A DNA stretch of 64,000 bases from an uncultured Chloroflexia bacterium (GCA_963768655.1 CAVYIM010000004.1:704001-768000), one strand, 5' to 3'; numbered from the stretch's first letter, positions 42,044 to 52,603 are shown. Program-made: numbers and translations. The notes: a model not told the origin generated them from the letters alone.

Positions 42044-42921
42044 CCGAACCGCCCGGAGATGTAGTCCTCGGTCAGGCGCTCGTTGGGCCGGGTGAAGATG
42101 CGGCCGGTGGGGCCGACTTCGACGAGGTACCCGGCCCGGTCCTCGGCCATCGTGAAGAAGGCCGTGATGTCGCTCACGCGGGCTGCCTGCTGCATGTTGT
42201 GGGTGACGATGACGATGGTGTAGGCCTCGCGAAGCTCGCGCATCAGCTCCTCGATGCGGAGGGTCGAAACAGGGTCGAGAGCCGAGGCCGGCTCGTCCAT
42301 CAGGATGACCTCGGGGTCGGTCGCGAGGACCCGGGCGATGCAAAGGCGCTGTTGCTGGCCGCCCGAGAGGGCCAGGCCGGACTTTCGACGCAGGTCGTCC
42401 TTGACCTCGTCCCATAGCGCCGCCCGCTTGAGGCTGGTCTCGACCAGCTCGTCGAGCTTGCGTTTGTCGTTCTGGCCACGCCGCCGCGGGCCGTAGGCGA
42501 CGTTCTCGAAGATCGACATCGGAAACGGGTTGGGCCGCTGGAAGACCATGCCGACGCGGCGTCGGAGCTCGACGACGCTCACGTCCGGATCCATGACGTT
42601 CTCGCCGTCCAGGCAGACTTCGCCCCGAACGCTGGCTCCGGGGATGAGGTCGTTCATGCGGTTGAAGCAACGCAGGAACGTGCTCTTGCCGCTGCCCGAC
42701 GGGCCGATCAGGGCCAGTATCGAGCGCTCCTGGATGGTGAGCGACACGTCTCGCACGGCTACCTTTTCGCCATACGAGATCGACACGTGCTCCGTGGCGA
42801 TCTTCACTTCGGCCGGTTGTGCCGCCATGTCTTCGGCAACGCGGGACGCCGTCACCTCGACGCGCCGGAGTACGGGTTCTGGGTAGAGGGCGGTTGTGGG
42901 CATCTCGTCTCCGGTGCTCAT
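42040..42921 (-). CDS. pstB: Phosphate ABC transporter ATPase
   Basis: [33 protein letters not shown] and YISGRFG motifs. Confidence 0.97.
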   Translation of the reverse strand: MSTGDEMPTTALYPEPVLRRVEVTASRVAEDMAAQPAEVKIATEHVSISYGEKVAVRDVSLTIQERSILALIGPSGSGKSTFLRCFNRMNDLIPGASVRGEVCLDGENVMDPDVSVVELRRRVGMVFQRPNPFPMSIFENVAYGPRRRGQNDKRKLDELVETSLKRAALWDEVKDDLRRKSGLALSGGQQQRLCIARVLATDPEVILMDEPASALDPVSTLRIEELMRELREAYTIVIVTHNMQQAARVSDITAFFTMAEDRAGYLVEVGPTGRIFTRPNERLTEDYISGRFG

Positions 42922-43874
42922 GCTGCGGTCAGCTTGCGGGTCAGGATGCGGCCGACGCCGCGCGCCCCGAGGTTGAATATCAGGACCATCGAGATGAGGA
43001 CGGCGGCGGAGCCGTCCACGATCTGGTTCTTGTAGGCGCCGAGGCCTTCGGAGTTGAGCTTGTAGATGTAGACCGAGAGGGTCGTGGCCGGCCGGAACGG
43101 GCTCCAGGGCGAGGCCGGGCTGAGCAGATCGAAGTTGGCGAAGTTGTAGTGGGGCGGCGTTCCGATCCCGGCCGTGAAGAGCAACACGGCGGCTTCGCCG
43201 AACACCCGGCCCGCGGTGAGGATCACGCCGGTTATCAGGCCGGGGATGGCGAGCGGTACCACCACGTGTCGGATGGTCTGCCACCTGGTAGCCCCGAGGG
43301 CGAGGCTGGCGGTGCGTTCCTCCTGGGGCACGGCCCGGAGCGCCTGTTCGGACAGGCGGGTCATGAGCGGCAGGTTGAAGAAAGTCAGGGCCAGCGCACC
43401 CGCCAGGGCAGTGAAGCCCCAGTGGGCGTCGTCGACGAAGAGGATCAAGCCGAACAGGCCCACCACGATCGATGGGACCGAGCTGATTGCCTCTTCGGCA
43501 AACCGGATGGCGCTGGTCACCGCGTTCTCGCCGGCGTATTCGGACATGTAGATGCCGCCCAGGACGCCCACGGGAACGGCGATCAGCATCGTCAGGACGA
43601 GCATGTAGCTCGAGTTCCACAGCACCGGCAGGATGCCGCCCAGCGCGGTCTCGCTCGGGTCGCTCAGGATGAAGCTCGGCGACACCACTCCCCACGCCGC
43701 GAGCGCGAAGTGGAGAAGGATGCTGCCGAGGATCAACAGGACCAGCATGCCCGTGCCCCACAGGGCCGCGGTCGCTGCCCGGTCGGCCAGGATGCTGCCC
43801 CGGGAGCCCTGGCGTCGCAGGCTGGGCTTCGGGCCGCTCGGGCGGGTGAGAGTCTGGCCGGCAGGCGCGGTCAC
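42918..43874 (-). CDS. pstA: Phosphate ABC transporter permease
   Basis: [23 protein letters not shown] and GRVFGEAA motifs. Confidence 0.95.
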   Translation of the reverse strand: MTAPAGQTLTRPSGPKPSLRRQGSRGSILADRAATAALWGTGMLVLLILGSILLHFALAAWGVVSPSFILSDPSETALGGILPVLWNSSYMLVLTMLIAVPVGVLGGIYMSEYAGENAVTSAIRFAEEAISSVPSIVVGLFGLILFVDDAHWGFTALAGALALTFFNLPLMTRLSEQALRAVPQEERTASLALGATRWQTIRHVVVPLAIPGLITGVILTAGRVFGEAAVLLFTAGIGTPPHYNFANFDLLSPASPWSPFRPATTLSVYIYKLNSEGLGAYKNQIVDGSAAVLISMVLIFNLGARGVGRILTRKLTAA

Positions 43875-44851
43875 GAGGCAAACCTCCGCTTGTTGATCAC
43901 CCGTACCAGCACGACCGAGGTGATCGAGATCATCAGCAGGACCAGGCTCATGGTCCAGAGGGCGTCCTGCCAGGGCTCGCCGAAGACCGTGTTGCCCATG
44001 TCGAGCGTGATCTGCGAGGTCAGCGTCGTCAGCGGCTGGGTGATCGCCGCCGGCATCGTGGGCGAGTTACCGATGACCATCTGAACCGCGAGAGCCTCGC
44101 CGGCGGCTCGAGTCATGCCCAGAACCACGGCCGTCAGGACGCCGCTGAGAGCGGATGGCAGCAGGAGATGGCGGATCATCTGCCAGCGGGTGGTGCCCAG
44201 GGCCAGCGAGCCCGTTCGCAGCTCCTGGGGCACGGCGCGAAACGCGTCGTACGAGACGCTGGTGATCGTTGGCAGAACCATGATCGACAGCACCAGCGAG
44301 CCCGCCAGCCACGAGAAGCCGGTCAGGAACCCGGGCATGGCGAAGACCTGGCCCACGATCGGTAGTGAGATGACGAGGGGATCATGGAATGTGTCGGCCA
44401 GGAAGGGGACGAGAACCGTGATGCCGAGCCATCCCCACACCACGCTCGGAATGCCAACGAAGATCTCGAGGGACGGCTGCACGATTGCCTTGGCCCAGTT
44501 CGGCGCGACCTCAGAGAGGAACAGGGCGAGGCCTACCGACAGGGGCGTGGAGATCAACAGCGCCACGCCCGTCACGCAGATCGTGGCGGCGATGAAGGGC
44601 AGGAGGCCGAACTGTGGTCCGGCGTCGGCCAGAGGATCCCACGTCGGCGAGAAGATCTCACCGACGGACACTCCGTCCTTCACGAAGAGCTGGATGCCCT
44701 GCCAGGCTATGAATGTCATCAGCAGGGCGACGATGGCGATCATCGAGGCCGCCGCCAGGAACACGACACGCTGGGGAACGTCGATCCGTTCGAGCAGGCC
44801 CGGTCGGGCCCGCAGCCCGGTCAGGCTGTCAGTTGTCGCCAGTTGAGCCAT
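43871..44851 (-). CDS. pstC: Phosphate ABC transporter permease
   Basis: [20 protein letters not shown] and [15 protein letters not shown] motifs. Confidence 0.95.
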   Translation of the reverse strand: MAQLATTDSLTGLRARPGLLERIDVPQRVVFLAAASMIAIVALLMTFIAWQGIQLFVKDGVSVGEIFSPTWDPLADAGPQFGLLPFIAATICVTGVALLISTPLSVGLALFLSEVAPNWAKAIVQPSLEIFVGIPSVVWGWLGITVLVPFLADTFHDPLVISLPIVGQVFAMPGFLTGFSWLAGSLVLSIMVLPTITSVSYDAFRAVPQELRTGSLALGTTRWQMIRHLLLPSALSGVLTAVVLGMTRAAGEALAVQMVIGNSPTMPAAITQPLTTLTSQITLDMGNTVFGEPWQDALWTMSLVLLMISITSVVLVRVINKRRFAS

Positions 44852-44880
44852 CGGCACTGCCTCGACTCGATGAGTTCGTG

Positions 44881-44927
44881 AAAAGGGAAAGGCTCCGGGT
44901 CCCGATGCGAACGGCGGGACCCGGAGC
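44881..44927 (-). terminator. Intra-operon terminator or stabilising hairpin between pstS and pstC
   Basis: 13-bp stem GCTCCGGGTCCCG/CGGGACCCGGAGC followed on the minus strand by CTTTCCCTTTT. Confidence 0.7.
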
Positions 44928-44940
44928 GGAGGAGAGGAAC

Positions 44941-45891
44941 CTACGACATGGAGACAGGGCCGTAGGAGTCCTTAGGGATGATCGTTCCCTGGACTTCGGG
45001 TCCCATCATGAAATCGAGGAAGGCGGCGGTCAGGCCGGTGGCCGCGCCCTTGGTGTAGAGGTTGCCGTCGGCGGCGAGCTTATACGTGCCGTTGCCGACG
45101 TTGGCGATGGTGGCGTTGACGCCGTCGAGTTGCAGGCCGTTGAGCAGAGGCTTGTTGGCCGGATCGTTGTAGTAGGAGAAGCCGATGACGCTGACGGCAC
45201 CGTTGGTCGTCGTGACCGCGGTCGTGACCGCGCCGTTCGAGTCCTCGGTCAGGGTCTGGCCGCCGGTGGCCTCAGTCGCGCCGCCGAGGACGATCTTCTT
45301 GAAGGTGGCTCGAGTGCCGGACGACTGCGGGCGGAAGATCAACACGATCGGGAGGTTCGGGCCGCCAACCTGGTTCCAGTTGGTGTCCACACCGGTCCAG
45401 ATGGCGATGTTCTGCTGGGTGGTCAGGTTGGTGACCCCAGTAACATCCAGGTTGGTGACGACGATCCAGCCCTGGCGGCAAACGACGTGGTCGACGAGCG
45501 TGTCGGCGTCGGGCGTTGCCAGCTTCGTGTTGGCGAGAACGTCGGACGCGCCGATCTGGACGGAGCCCGCATCCACCTGGCTGAGGCCGGTGCCGGAGCC
45601 GCCGCCGTTGACGGTGATCGTGGCGCCCGGGCAGGCTGCGTCATAGGCGGTCGCGGCGTCCTGGATCAGCGGCTGGAGGGCGGTCGAGCCCGCTGTCGTG
45701 ATGCTGCCGGCGACGCAGTTGACGGTGGCGGCCGCACTGGGGGCGGTGGTGGGGGCGGTGGTAGCTGCCGGTTGGGTGGCAGCCGGGGGGTTCGTGGGCG
45801 CCGGGCTCGGGGTCGCGCTGGCCGAACACCCGGCCAATATCACCGTGGCCGCGACGGCCAGCGCGCTGAAGCGACGCATTCCGTTTATCAA
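44941..45891 (-). CDS. pstS: Phosphate-binding lipoprotein
   Basis: LAGC lipobox; GSTALQP, GGGSGTG, GASD and RPQSSGTR motifs. Confidence 0.95.
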   Translation of the reverse strand: MINGMRRFSALAVAATVILAGCSASATPSPAPTNPPAATQPAATTAPTTAPSAAATVNCVAGSITTAGSTALQPLIQDAATAYDAACPGATITVNGGGSGTGLSQVDAGSVQIGASDVLANTKLATPDADTLVDHVVCRQGWIVVTNLDVTGVTNLTTQQNIAIWTGVDTNWNQVGGPNLPIVLIFRPQSSGTRATFKKIVLGGATEATGGQTLTEDSNGAVTTAVTTTNGAVSVIGFSYYNDPANKPLLNGLQLDGVNATIANVGNGTYKLAADGNLYTKGAATGLTAAFLDFMMGPEVQGTIIPKDSYGPVSMS

Positions 45892-45953
45892 CTCAGTGTC
45901 TCCTCATCTGTTGGGCAACCGACGATCTCTTCCTGCTTCCAGGTTCCACCCGG

Positions 45954-45997
45954 ATGGTCGGAACCCGGGCTTAACGCTGTGTTGGCGGTTCGTTAAC
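45954..45997 (-). promoter_or_regulatory. Putative Pho-box promoter of pstSCAB-phoU
   Basis: Minus strand: GTTAAC-N5-GCCAAC-N5-GTTAAG-N10-GACCAT. Confidence 0.75.
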
Positions 45998-46801
45998 GTT
46001 CGAAGGGTTGTCCTCGTCCGCCGACGGCGGATCGAACAGGTACCCCGAGCCGCGCACAGTCAACAGGTGGGCGGGATTGGCCGGGTCGCGCTCGATCTTG
46101 GTCCGGAGCCAGAAGACGTAGACGTCGACCGTCCGCTCGTTCCCGGGGACGCCGCGCCACACGTTCTTGAGCAACTCCTCGCGAGAGAAGGCCCGACCTG
46201 GATGCAGGGCCAGGAATTCCAACAAGGCCAGCTCTTTGGGCCGGAGAGAGAGGAGGTGACCGTCGCGGCGGATCGCCCGGGCTCGCAGATCGAGCTCCAC
46301 GCCGGGACCGACCGGGACTCGCTGGCTCAACGGTTGTCCGGCGCCGGGCATGCGGCGACCCGCGATGGAGAGGCGGCCCACGACCTCCATCGGGTCCGAC
46401 GCGAGGTCGACTGCGTCGTCGAAGCCCAGTTCGAGGGCGTGGAGTCGGGCTGCAACGGCCTGATGCGAACTCAGAAGGACGGCACAGGAGCGGTGGTGAG
46501 TGGCCAGCCAGCCAGCGACGCGCTGCAGATCGCCCGGCCCGGCCGGCGGGGCGATCAGCACCACCAGGCTCGGCTCAACCTCCGCCAGAGCCTCGGCGAA
46601 GGCCATCGAGCTCTCCTCGACGCGCACTTCGATATCCGGAAACAGGCGCGTGAGATCGATCGGGCCGTCGGGGTCGGCGAGGGCCAGCCAGCCCGCAACG
46701 GATTCATTGTCCGGGGGCTCGGGCGCGGGCGGGATGCGGAGCCTGCCAACCGCGAGGGTGGCTTCGGCCGCGGCAGGGACGTCGCTGTGGGCCCGCATCA
46801 T
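45971..46801 (-). CDS. Atypical OmpR-family regulator (degenerate receiver plus winged helix)
   Basis: ALELGFDD remnant and ERTVDVYVFWLRTKIERDPANP...VRGSGY. The phospho-acceptor position reads PSLVVLI, not PDLxLLD. Confidence 0.85.
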   Translation of the reverse strand: MMRAHSDVPAAAEATLAVGRLRIPPAPEPPDNESVAGWLALADPDGPIDLTRLFPDIEVRVEESSMAFAEALAEVEPSLVVLIAPPAGPGDLQRVAGWLATHHRSCAVLLSSHQAVAARLHALELGFDDAVDLASDPMEVVGRLSIAGRRMPGAGQPLSQRVPVGPGVELDLRARAIRRDGHLLSLRPKELALLEFLALHPGRAFSREELLKNVWRGVPGNERTVDVYVFWLRTKIERDPANPAHLLTVRGSGYLFDPPSADEDNPSNVNEPPTQR

Positions 46802-46807
46802 CCGCCA

Positions 46808-46851
46808 AATCTGGCCAGGTGCTGTTAACGCCGTGTTCCAGCGACGTGAAC
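46808..46851 (-). promoter_or_regulatory. Putative Pho-box promoter (leaderless) of the atypical regulator
   Basis: Minus strand: GTTCAC-N5-TGGAAC-N5-GTTAAC-N10-CAGATT-N6-ATG. Confidence 0.7.
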
Positions 46852-46951
46852 GTTGGGACAGGAGCTACGGCTGCGCGGCCGGAGTCATAGGCGACCAGGT
46901 GGGACCGCAGATCGCCGAGCCGCGAGACTCCGGCCCCCCCGACCGCCAAAC

Positions 46952-47593
46952 CTAGGCGTGGGTCACGACGATCCGCTCGATCAGGTCCGCGACGTCCTCG
47001 CACTTGTCTATGGTGTCTTCCAGGAGGGCGTAGACATCCTTCCATTTGAGGACGTCGATCGTCTTGGTCCCATCGTCGAAGAGGCCCGCTATGGCGGACC
47101 GGACCAGCCGATCGCCTTCGTTCTCCAGGCGGTGGATCTCGACCAGGAATGGCTCCAGGCCCTTGAAGCCGCGCAGATTGGAGAGGGCCTCGTGGAGCTT
47201 CTCGCAGGCCTGGACGATCAGCGCCGCCTGCTTGACCGCGGTCTTCGTGGGGGCCTCGATGCGATACAGGATGAACGTGTCGGCGACTTCCTCGATCAGA
47301 TCCAGGATGTCGTCCAGGCCGGCGATGAGGGCGTGGATCTCGTCGCGGTCGAAGGGGGTGACGAAGGTCTGCTCGAGGCGATGGCCGATGTCGTGGCTGA
47401 TCTCGTCGCCACGGTGCTCCGTCTCACGGATCTTCTTGGCGGCCTTGTCGACGTTGTCGTACGAACGAAGCATCGCCTCCAGCTGGCGAGCACCATCGAG
47501 GACATTCGCCGCATCCTGGACGAAGAGGTCGAAGAAGCGCTCTTCGCGCGGGATCAGTCGAAAAGACGGCACCTGTACCTCCGGGAGCGTCAC
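46952..47593 (-). CDS. DUF47 family phosphate transport regulator (Pit accessory protein)
   Basis: LIPREERFFDLF, EHRGD, TFVTPFDRDEI, LENEGD, WKDVY and DKCEDVAD motifs. Confidence 0.93.
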   Translation of the reverse strand: MTLPEVQVPSFRLIPREERFFDLFVQDAANVLDGARQLEAMLRSYDNVDKAAKKIRETEHRGDEISHDIGHRLEQTFVTPFDRDEIHALIAGLDDILDLIEEVADTFILYRIEAPTKTAVKQAALIVQACEKLHEALSNLRGFKGLEPFLVEIHRLENEGDRLVRSAIAGLFDDGTKTIDVLKWKDVYALLEDTIDKCEDVADLIERIVVTHA

Positions 47594-47743
47594 CGTGCGT
47601 CCAGGGCCCGGGCGAGCTCCGGCCTGGGGGGACGCGCCTGCTTTCAGTACTGCCTAGGTTAGCGGCATGTGGGCGCGGCCGCCAGCGAGCCCCAGCTGGC
47701 GGCGCCGGTCCCACCTTCACTGTCGACATGTCGGCTCTGGCCA

Positions 47744-47855
47744 TTGCCCCGAGTTCTAGACTCTTTGATAATGCGGCCCTCTCTCGTCCTCCGGAGGGCC
47801 GTTCCCCCGGGCCCCCGCTTCCTGTCCCCACCGGCGGCGGGGGCCGCGGTGTTTG
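47744..47855 (+). ncRNA. Candidate small RNA with two pyrimidine-rich-loop hairpins (promoter included)
   Basis: TTGCCC-N17-GATAAT, then hairpin GGCCCTC/GAGGGCC with a TCCTCC loop, then hairpin GGCCCCCGC/GCGGGGGCC with a TTCCTGTCCCC loop, then TGTTT. Confidence 0.5.
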
Positions 47856-48016
47856 GTGCCCGCAGATCCAGGTTTGGCCCCGTAGGAGTCATCGCCTCCG
47901 CGGCCGACCGACCGGCGCGGACGGTGAGTTTGGAAAACAACCGCTGGTCAGGGTGGTTCGCACCGCCCTTGGGCGTGGCGGGCTGCCTCATATCGCTGCC
48001 TGGGGACCTTTGTGCG

Positions 48017-48874
48017 CTACAGGCCGGCTACGAAACGGGCGAGAACACGTGCCAGCCGCGGCCCGGCGGCTTCGGCGGCCGCAAGTACCTCGGCGTGGTC
48101 CAACCGGGCCCCGGTCAGGCCGGCCGCAGGGTTGGTCACCAGCGAGATGCCGCAGACCCGCATGCCCGCCCAATGGGCCGCGATCGCCTCGAGCACCGTT
48201 GACATCCCCACGGCGTCGGCGCCGAGCCCACCGAGCATGCGGACCTCCGCCGGAGTCTCGTAGCTCGGACCTGGTAGACACGCGTACACACCCTCTTCGA
48301 GTCGGACCTCTTCGGCTGCCGCCGCATCGTGCAGCCGCCTTCGCAACGCCGCGTCCCAGACCTCGGTCATGTCCGGAAAGCGCGGCCCGATCTCCGGTGC
48401 ACCCGGACCGATAAGTGGGTGCCTCCCAGTGAGGTTCAGATGGTCGGCGATGACCATGAGCGTGCCGGCGCCATACCGGGGGTTGACGCCGCCGGCCGAG
48501 TTCGTGAGCACGACCGTCTTCGCACCGAGGCGGCCCATCAGGAGCACGGGCTGGACCACGAAACCGGCCGCGTGTCCCTCGTACAGGTGGAAGCGGCCCT
48601 GCTGGACGACGGCCGGCACGCCAGAGAGGCGCCCGAAGAGGAGCCGTCCGGCGTGGCCCGGTGCGGTCGCCGGCGGCCATCCCGGTAGCTCGGCGAACGG
48701 GATCGAGATCTCCAGCTCGAGTGCGTTGGCCAGGCCGCCAAGGCCGGAGCCGAGCACGAGGCCCAACCTCGGCCGAAGATCTGTACAGCTGCGAACGGCG
48801 CGCTCGAGCGCGCCGAGGCACGCCGGCTGATCGGCCGGCGATATCTCTCGCCCGAGCTCGACCGGTGAACTCAT
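48017..48874 (-). CDS. punA: Purine nucleoside phosphorylase (trimeric type)
   Basis: VLGSGLG, PGHAG, GRFHLYEG, GPSYETPAE, VGMSTV and TNPAAG motifs. Confidence 0.93.
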   Translation of the reverse strand: MSSPVELGREISPADQPACLGALERAVRSCTDLRPRLGLVLGSGLGGLANALELEISIPFAELPGWPPATAPGHAGRLLFGRLSGVPAVVQQGRFHLYEGHAAGFVVQPVLLMGRLGAKTVVLTNSAGGVNPRYGAGTLMVIADHLNLTGRHPLIGPGAPEIGPRFPDMTEVWDAALRRRLHDAAAAEEVRLEEGVYACLPGPSYETPAEVRMLGGLGADAVGMSTVLEAIAAHWAGMRVCGISLVTNPAAGLTGARLDHAEVLAAAEAAGPRLARVLARFVAGL

Positions 48875-49341
48875 CAGCTCGCCTCGTCCAGGTTCTTTGC
48901 CCGGAAGGCCTGGGGGAGCAAGTCGCCCAGGCGGGCAGCCATCACGCGGTCGCCAACACTGGAGGCCGCGAAGATCGCCACGTCGGGACCGAACTCGGCC
49001 AAGAGCTGGCGGCAGATGCCGCACGGACTGGACGGCTCCGCCGTCGAAGTGACCACCACACAGGCTCGAATTGTCGTCTCGCCGGCGGCCACGGCCGCGA
49101 CGACCGCGCTCCGCTCGGCGCAGATCGTGGCCCCGTATGACGCCGACTCGACGTTGCACCCGGCGAACGCGGCGCCGCTGCCGCCGAGGACGGCCGCACC
49201 CACCTTGAACTTCGAGTAGGGAGCCCTGGCGCGTTCCTGGACAGTCAGAGCCAGGCGGAGCAGTTCGCTGAACTCGGGAAGAAGGGCGGCGGCCTCCGCC
49301 CGGTCGATCAGCTCTATCCCTCTTCCCGTCATGACGGACAC
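48874..49341 (-). CDS. cdd: Cytidine deaminase (tetrameric)
   Basis: APYSKFKVGAA, GCNVE, CAER and PCGICRQ motifs. Confidence 0.95.
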   Translation of the reverse strand: MSVMTGRGIELIDRAEAAALLPEFSELLRLALTVQERARAPYSKFKVGAAVLGGSGAAFAGCNVESASYGATICAERSAVVAAVAAGETTIRACVVVTSTAEPSSPCGICRQLLAEFGPDVAIFAASSVGDRVMAARLGDLLPQAFRAKNLDEAS

Positions 49342-49420
49342 CTCACCTGCGACTGCCGTCCTGGAGTGATAGCGTCTGCGGCGACTACCGGGTCACTGCG
49401 GACGGAGGATAGGACGACCG

Positions 49421-50284
49421 ATGGACACCAGCGGCCCCAATCAGTCTCCGGCCAGGCGCCGGGCGGACGCTCCGACCAACGAGACTGGGGCACAGTACCA
49501 CCTGCATCTCTCGGCCGGTCAGATCCCTGCCACGGTGCTGATGCCCGGCGACCCGGGCCGGGTCGAGAGGATGCGGGCAACCTGGGACGGCGGCGTCGAG
49601 CTGGCCTTCCACCGCGAGTACCGCTCTGCGCGCGGGACGTTCAAGGGCGTGCCGATCGGCGCCATCTCCAGCGGTGTCGGGGCCCCGAGCCTGGAGATCG
49701 CTACTCACGAGTTCGCCGTCATCGGTGGCGAGACTGTGATCCGCGTCGGCACGACCGGCGCCCTTGAGGCCGAGATCCGGTGCGGCGACCTGATCGTCCC
49801 GACGGCTGCCGTCCGGCGCGACGGGACGGCCGATCGCTACCTGCCTCTCGAGCACCCGGCCTTCGCCGATCCCGAAGTCTCAATGGCGCTGATCGAAGCC
49901 TGTGAGCGACTCGGCTACGCATACCACGTCGGCATCGTCTGCAGCGTCGGCTCCTTCTATGTTGGCCAGGAGCGCCCGGTCAAGGGCGGTTTCTGGCAGA
50001 CGGCGGCCGATGGCCTGATCGAGGATCTTCGCAAAGCTGGCGTGGCCTGCCTGGAGATGGAGTGCTCGGCCCTGTTCGTGCTGGCGCGGCTGTTCGGGAT
50101 GCGCAGCGGCGCCATCCTCGGCGCGGTCGCCAACCGCCAGACGAACGAGTTCGGCGACTGCGGCGCCGAGGAGCGTGCCATCAACGCCGCCAACGAGGCC
50201 GTCGTCATCCTGGACGAATGGGGACGGCTCAAGACGGCGGCCGGTAAGGCGACCTTCTTCCCGTCGCTCCTCACGCGCGGCTGA
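49421..50284 (+). CDS. udp: Uridine phosphorylase-like nucleoside phosphorylase
   Basis: QYHL, PGDPGRV, REY, GVGAPS, IRVGTTG, SFYVGQER and EME motifs. Confidence 0.9.
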   Translation: MDTSGPNQSPARRRADAPTNETGAQYHLHLSAGQIPATVLMPGDPGRVERMRATWDGGVELAFHREYRSARGTFKGVPIGAISSGVGAPSLEIATHEFAVIGGETVIRVGTTGALEAEIRCGDLIVPTAAVRRDGTADRYLPLEHPAFADPEVSMALIEACERLGYAYHVGIVCSVGSFYVGQERPVKGGFWQTAADGLIEDLRKAGVACLEMECSALFVLARLFGMRSGAILGAVANRQTNEFGDCGAEERAINAANEAVVILDEWGRLKTAAGKATFFPSLLTRG

Positions 50285-50325
50285 GCCCGGCGGCCCGACG
50301 AGCGGCCCCGCAGTGGCGCCGACCC

Positions 50326-51405
50326 TCAGGTCGCCGACTCCCGTTCGTAGGGTTGGCCGTCCGCGGCCGGAGCGATGCTCCGCCCGATCAGCCCTGCCAG
50401 GATGATGATCGTGATGATGTAAGGAAGCGCCTCCCAGAACTCGCCCGGGACGTACCCCATCAGCTGGCCCAGGTCGCCGGTGGGCGGCGAGATCTGGAGC
50501 GACGTGCTGAGACCAGTGGCCGAGGCGAACAGCAGGGCGGCGCCGAAGGCCCCGAGCGGCGTCCAGCGGCCGACGATCATCGCCGCCAGGCCGATGAAGC
50601 CACGTCCGGCGGTCATGTCCGCGTTGAAGTTGTTGGTCTGCTCCATGCTCAACCAGGCGCCGCCGAGCGCAGCCAGAGCGCCCGACATCACGACGTTTCG
50701 ATAGCGAAGCCGGATCACGTCGATGCCGACCGTCTCGGCAGCCCGGGGGTGCTCACCAGCCGCCCGCGTACGCAGGCCCCAGCGAGATCGGAACAGCATG
50801 ACCTGCAGGAAGATCACGATTACGATCGTCGTCAGGCCGATCGGGCCCTGGCTGAACACCGCGTTGATCAGCCAGCCCACCACCGGCAGATTGGCCACCT
50901 GGCTCGGAACCTGGAACTGGGCGAAGCTGCCGGCGCTGGTCGGCGCCTGGGAAGCGATGAGTGTGTAGAGGTAGCCGGTCACCCCGGCGGCGCCGATGTT
51001 GATGATCGTGCCGCTGATGATCTGGTCGACCCGCATCGAGATCGCCAGCCAGGCGTGCAGCAGTGACACGGCCATGCCGACCAGGATGGCCGCCGCCAGG
51101 CCCATGAGGAGCGGCAGGGTGATGCCGAAGAACGGCAGGGGCGTGCCGGCGCCCAGCACTCCTGAGGCAGCGACGCCGACTACCCAGCCGACGAACGCCG
51201 CCGACAGCATGATGCCCTCGATGCCGATGTTGACCACGCCCGAACGCTCGCACATGACGCCGGTCAGGGCGGCCAGCGTGATCGGTACCGCGACGGCGAC
51301 CGTGGTCTGTGACATGTAGCCCAAATTCGCGAGCATGTAACCGAGGAACTGGAAGAGGAGGCCGAGGACCGGCAGGGCATCCAGGGCTTGCGGGACGCCG
51401 TTCAT
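50326..51405 (-). CDS. Nucleoside ABC transporter permease (NupC-like)
   Basis: ERSGVVNIGIEG, GEHPRAA and GRGFIGLAA motifs. Confidence 0.9.
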   Translation of the reverse strand: MNGVPQALDALPVLGLLFQFLGYMLANLGYMSQTTVAVAVPITLAALTGVMCERSGVVNIGIEGIMLSAAFVGWVVGVAASGVLGAGTPLPFFGITLPLLMGLAAAILVGMAVSLLHAWLAISMRVDQIISGTIINIGAAGVTGYLYTLIASQAPTSAGSFAQFQVPSQVANLPVVGWLINAVFSQGPIGLTTIVIVIFLQVMLFRSRWGLRTRAAGEHPRAAETVGIDVIRLRYRNVVMSGALAALGGAWLSMEQTNNFNADMTAGRGFIGLAAMIVGRWTPLGAFGAALLFASATGLSTSLQISPPTGDLGQLMGYVPGEFWEALPYIITIIILAGLIGRSIAPAADGQPYERESAT

Positions 51406-52603
51406 GCGACGCCCTCCGCCGCCTGGGCAGTGCCGGCGCCAATCGATGGCGTCGGTTTCGCCGCTCTGCGATCCAGCCAGCGCCTCAACGCGTTCACCAC
51501 GAGGAAGACGAGGATGATCGCCTGAAGCGCGTCCACGAGCTCGGCCGGAACTCCGGCCTGAATCTGCATGGTCTGGGAGCCGGCCCGCATCGCTCCCAAC
51601 AGAAGGCCGGCAAAGAGGACGCCCACGGGGTTGGACCGTCCCAGCAACGCCACGGTGATGGCGTCGAATCCGACCGTCGTGTCGTAGCCTGGCTCGATCT
51701 GATGGACGACGCCCAGGAGAGTCGTCGCGCCGGCCAGGCCGCACATCAGGCCGGCGATCGACATGGTCAGCACGATCAGCCGGTTGGTCTTCATCCCGCC
51801 ATAGCGGGCCGCGTCGGGGTTTGCGCCGGCAGACTCGGATCTCGAACCCGAGCGTCGTCCGATAGAGCAGGAACCACATGACCGGCACCGCCAACAGCGC
51901 GATCAGGATCCCGACATGGCCGCCCCGGCCGAAGTTGATGAGCCCGTCCGGGCCAAGGAGGATCGGCAGGGCCGCGTTCCGATTGCTCACGTCGGCGGTG
52001 ATTGGCTGGTGAGCGTTGGGCAGGACCAGCGGCCCGCTGATGGCCCAGTAGGTCACGAACACGAAGACGTAGTTGAGCATGATCGTGGTCACGACCTCGT
52101 GGGCCCCTGACGTGGCCTTGAGGAAGCCCGGGATGAACCCTGCCGCGGCTCCGAACAGCGCCCCGACGACGAGGGCTAGCGGCACCGTGATGTACGAGCT
52201 CTGGGTCGATCCCACCGTCGTGGCCACGGCCATAGCCCCGACAGTGCCGAACAGGAACTGGCCGCGCCCGCCGATGTTGAACAGTCCGGCCTTGAAGCCC
52301 AGGCCCACGCCCAGACCAGCGAGTATCAGCGGCGTGGCGTAGACGAGCGTCGACGTGAGGCCGTTTGGGCTTGCCACTCCTGCCAGCAGGGCGCTGTAAG
52401 CGGCCACGGGCAAGCCGATGTCGAAGCTCGAATGGCCAGCCGGCGAGACCGCTGAACGCGGTGATGCCGACGGCCCCCACGAGGAGTGCAAGGACGATGG
52501 CGACGAGAGGCTCGGCGATCGGCTGGACCGACGCAGCCACGACGCGGAAGACGACCTTCCGAGCGCGAGCCGGCGGCGGATCGATGGGATCGGAAGGTCT
52601 CAC
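51402..52603 (-). CDS. Nucleoside ABC transporter permease (NupB-like), two frameshifts (about 52438 and 51834)
   Basis: GLFNIGGRGQ, HEVVTTIMLNY and GFDAITVALLG are spread over three reading frames. Confidence 0.85.

Noticed and set aside
47641-47680. Pho box upstream of DUF47 (GCTAAC)
   Set aside because: Single hexamer without 11-bp-phased partners or a -10 at the 10-bp spacing.
50326-52491. 721-aa fused double permease ORF
   Set aside because: Artefact of the frameshift near 51834, which joins two separate permease genes.
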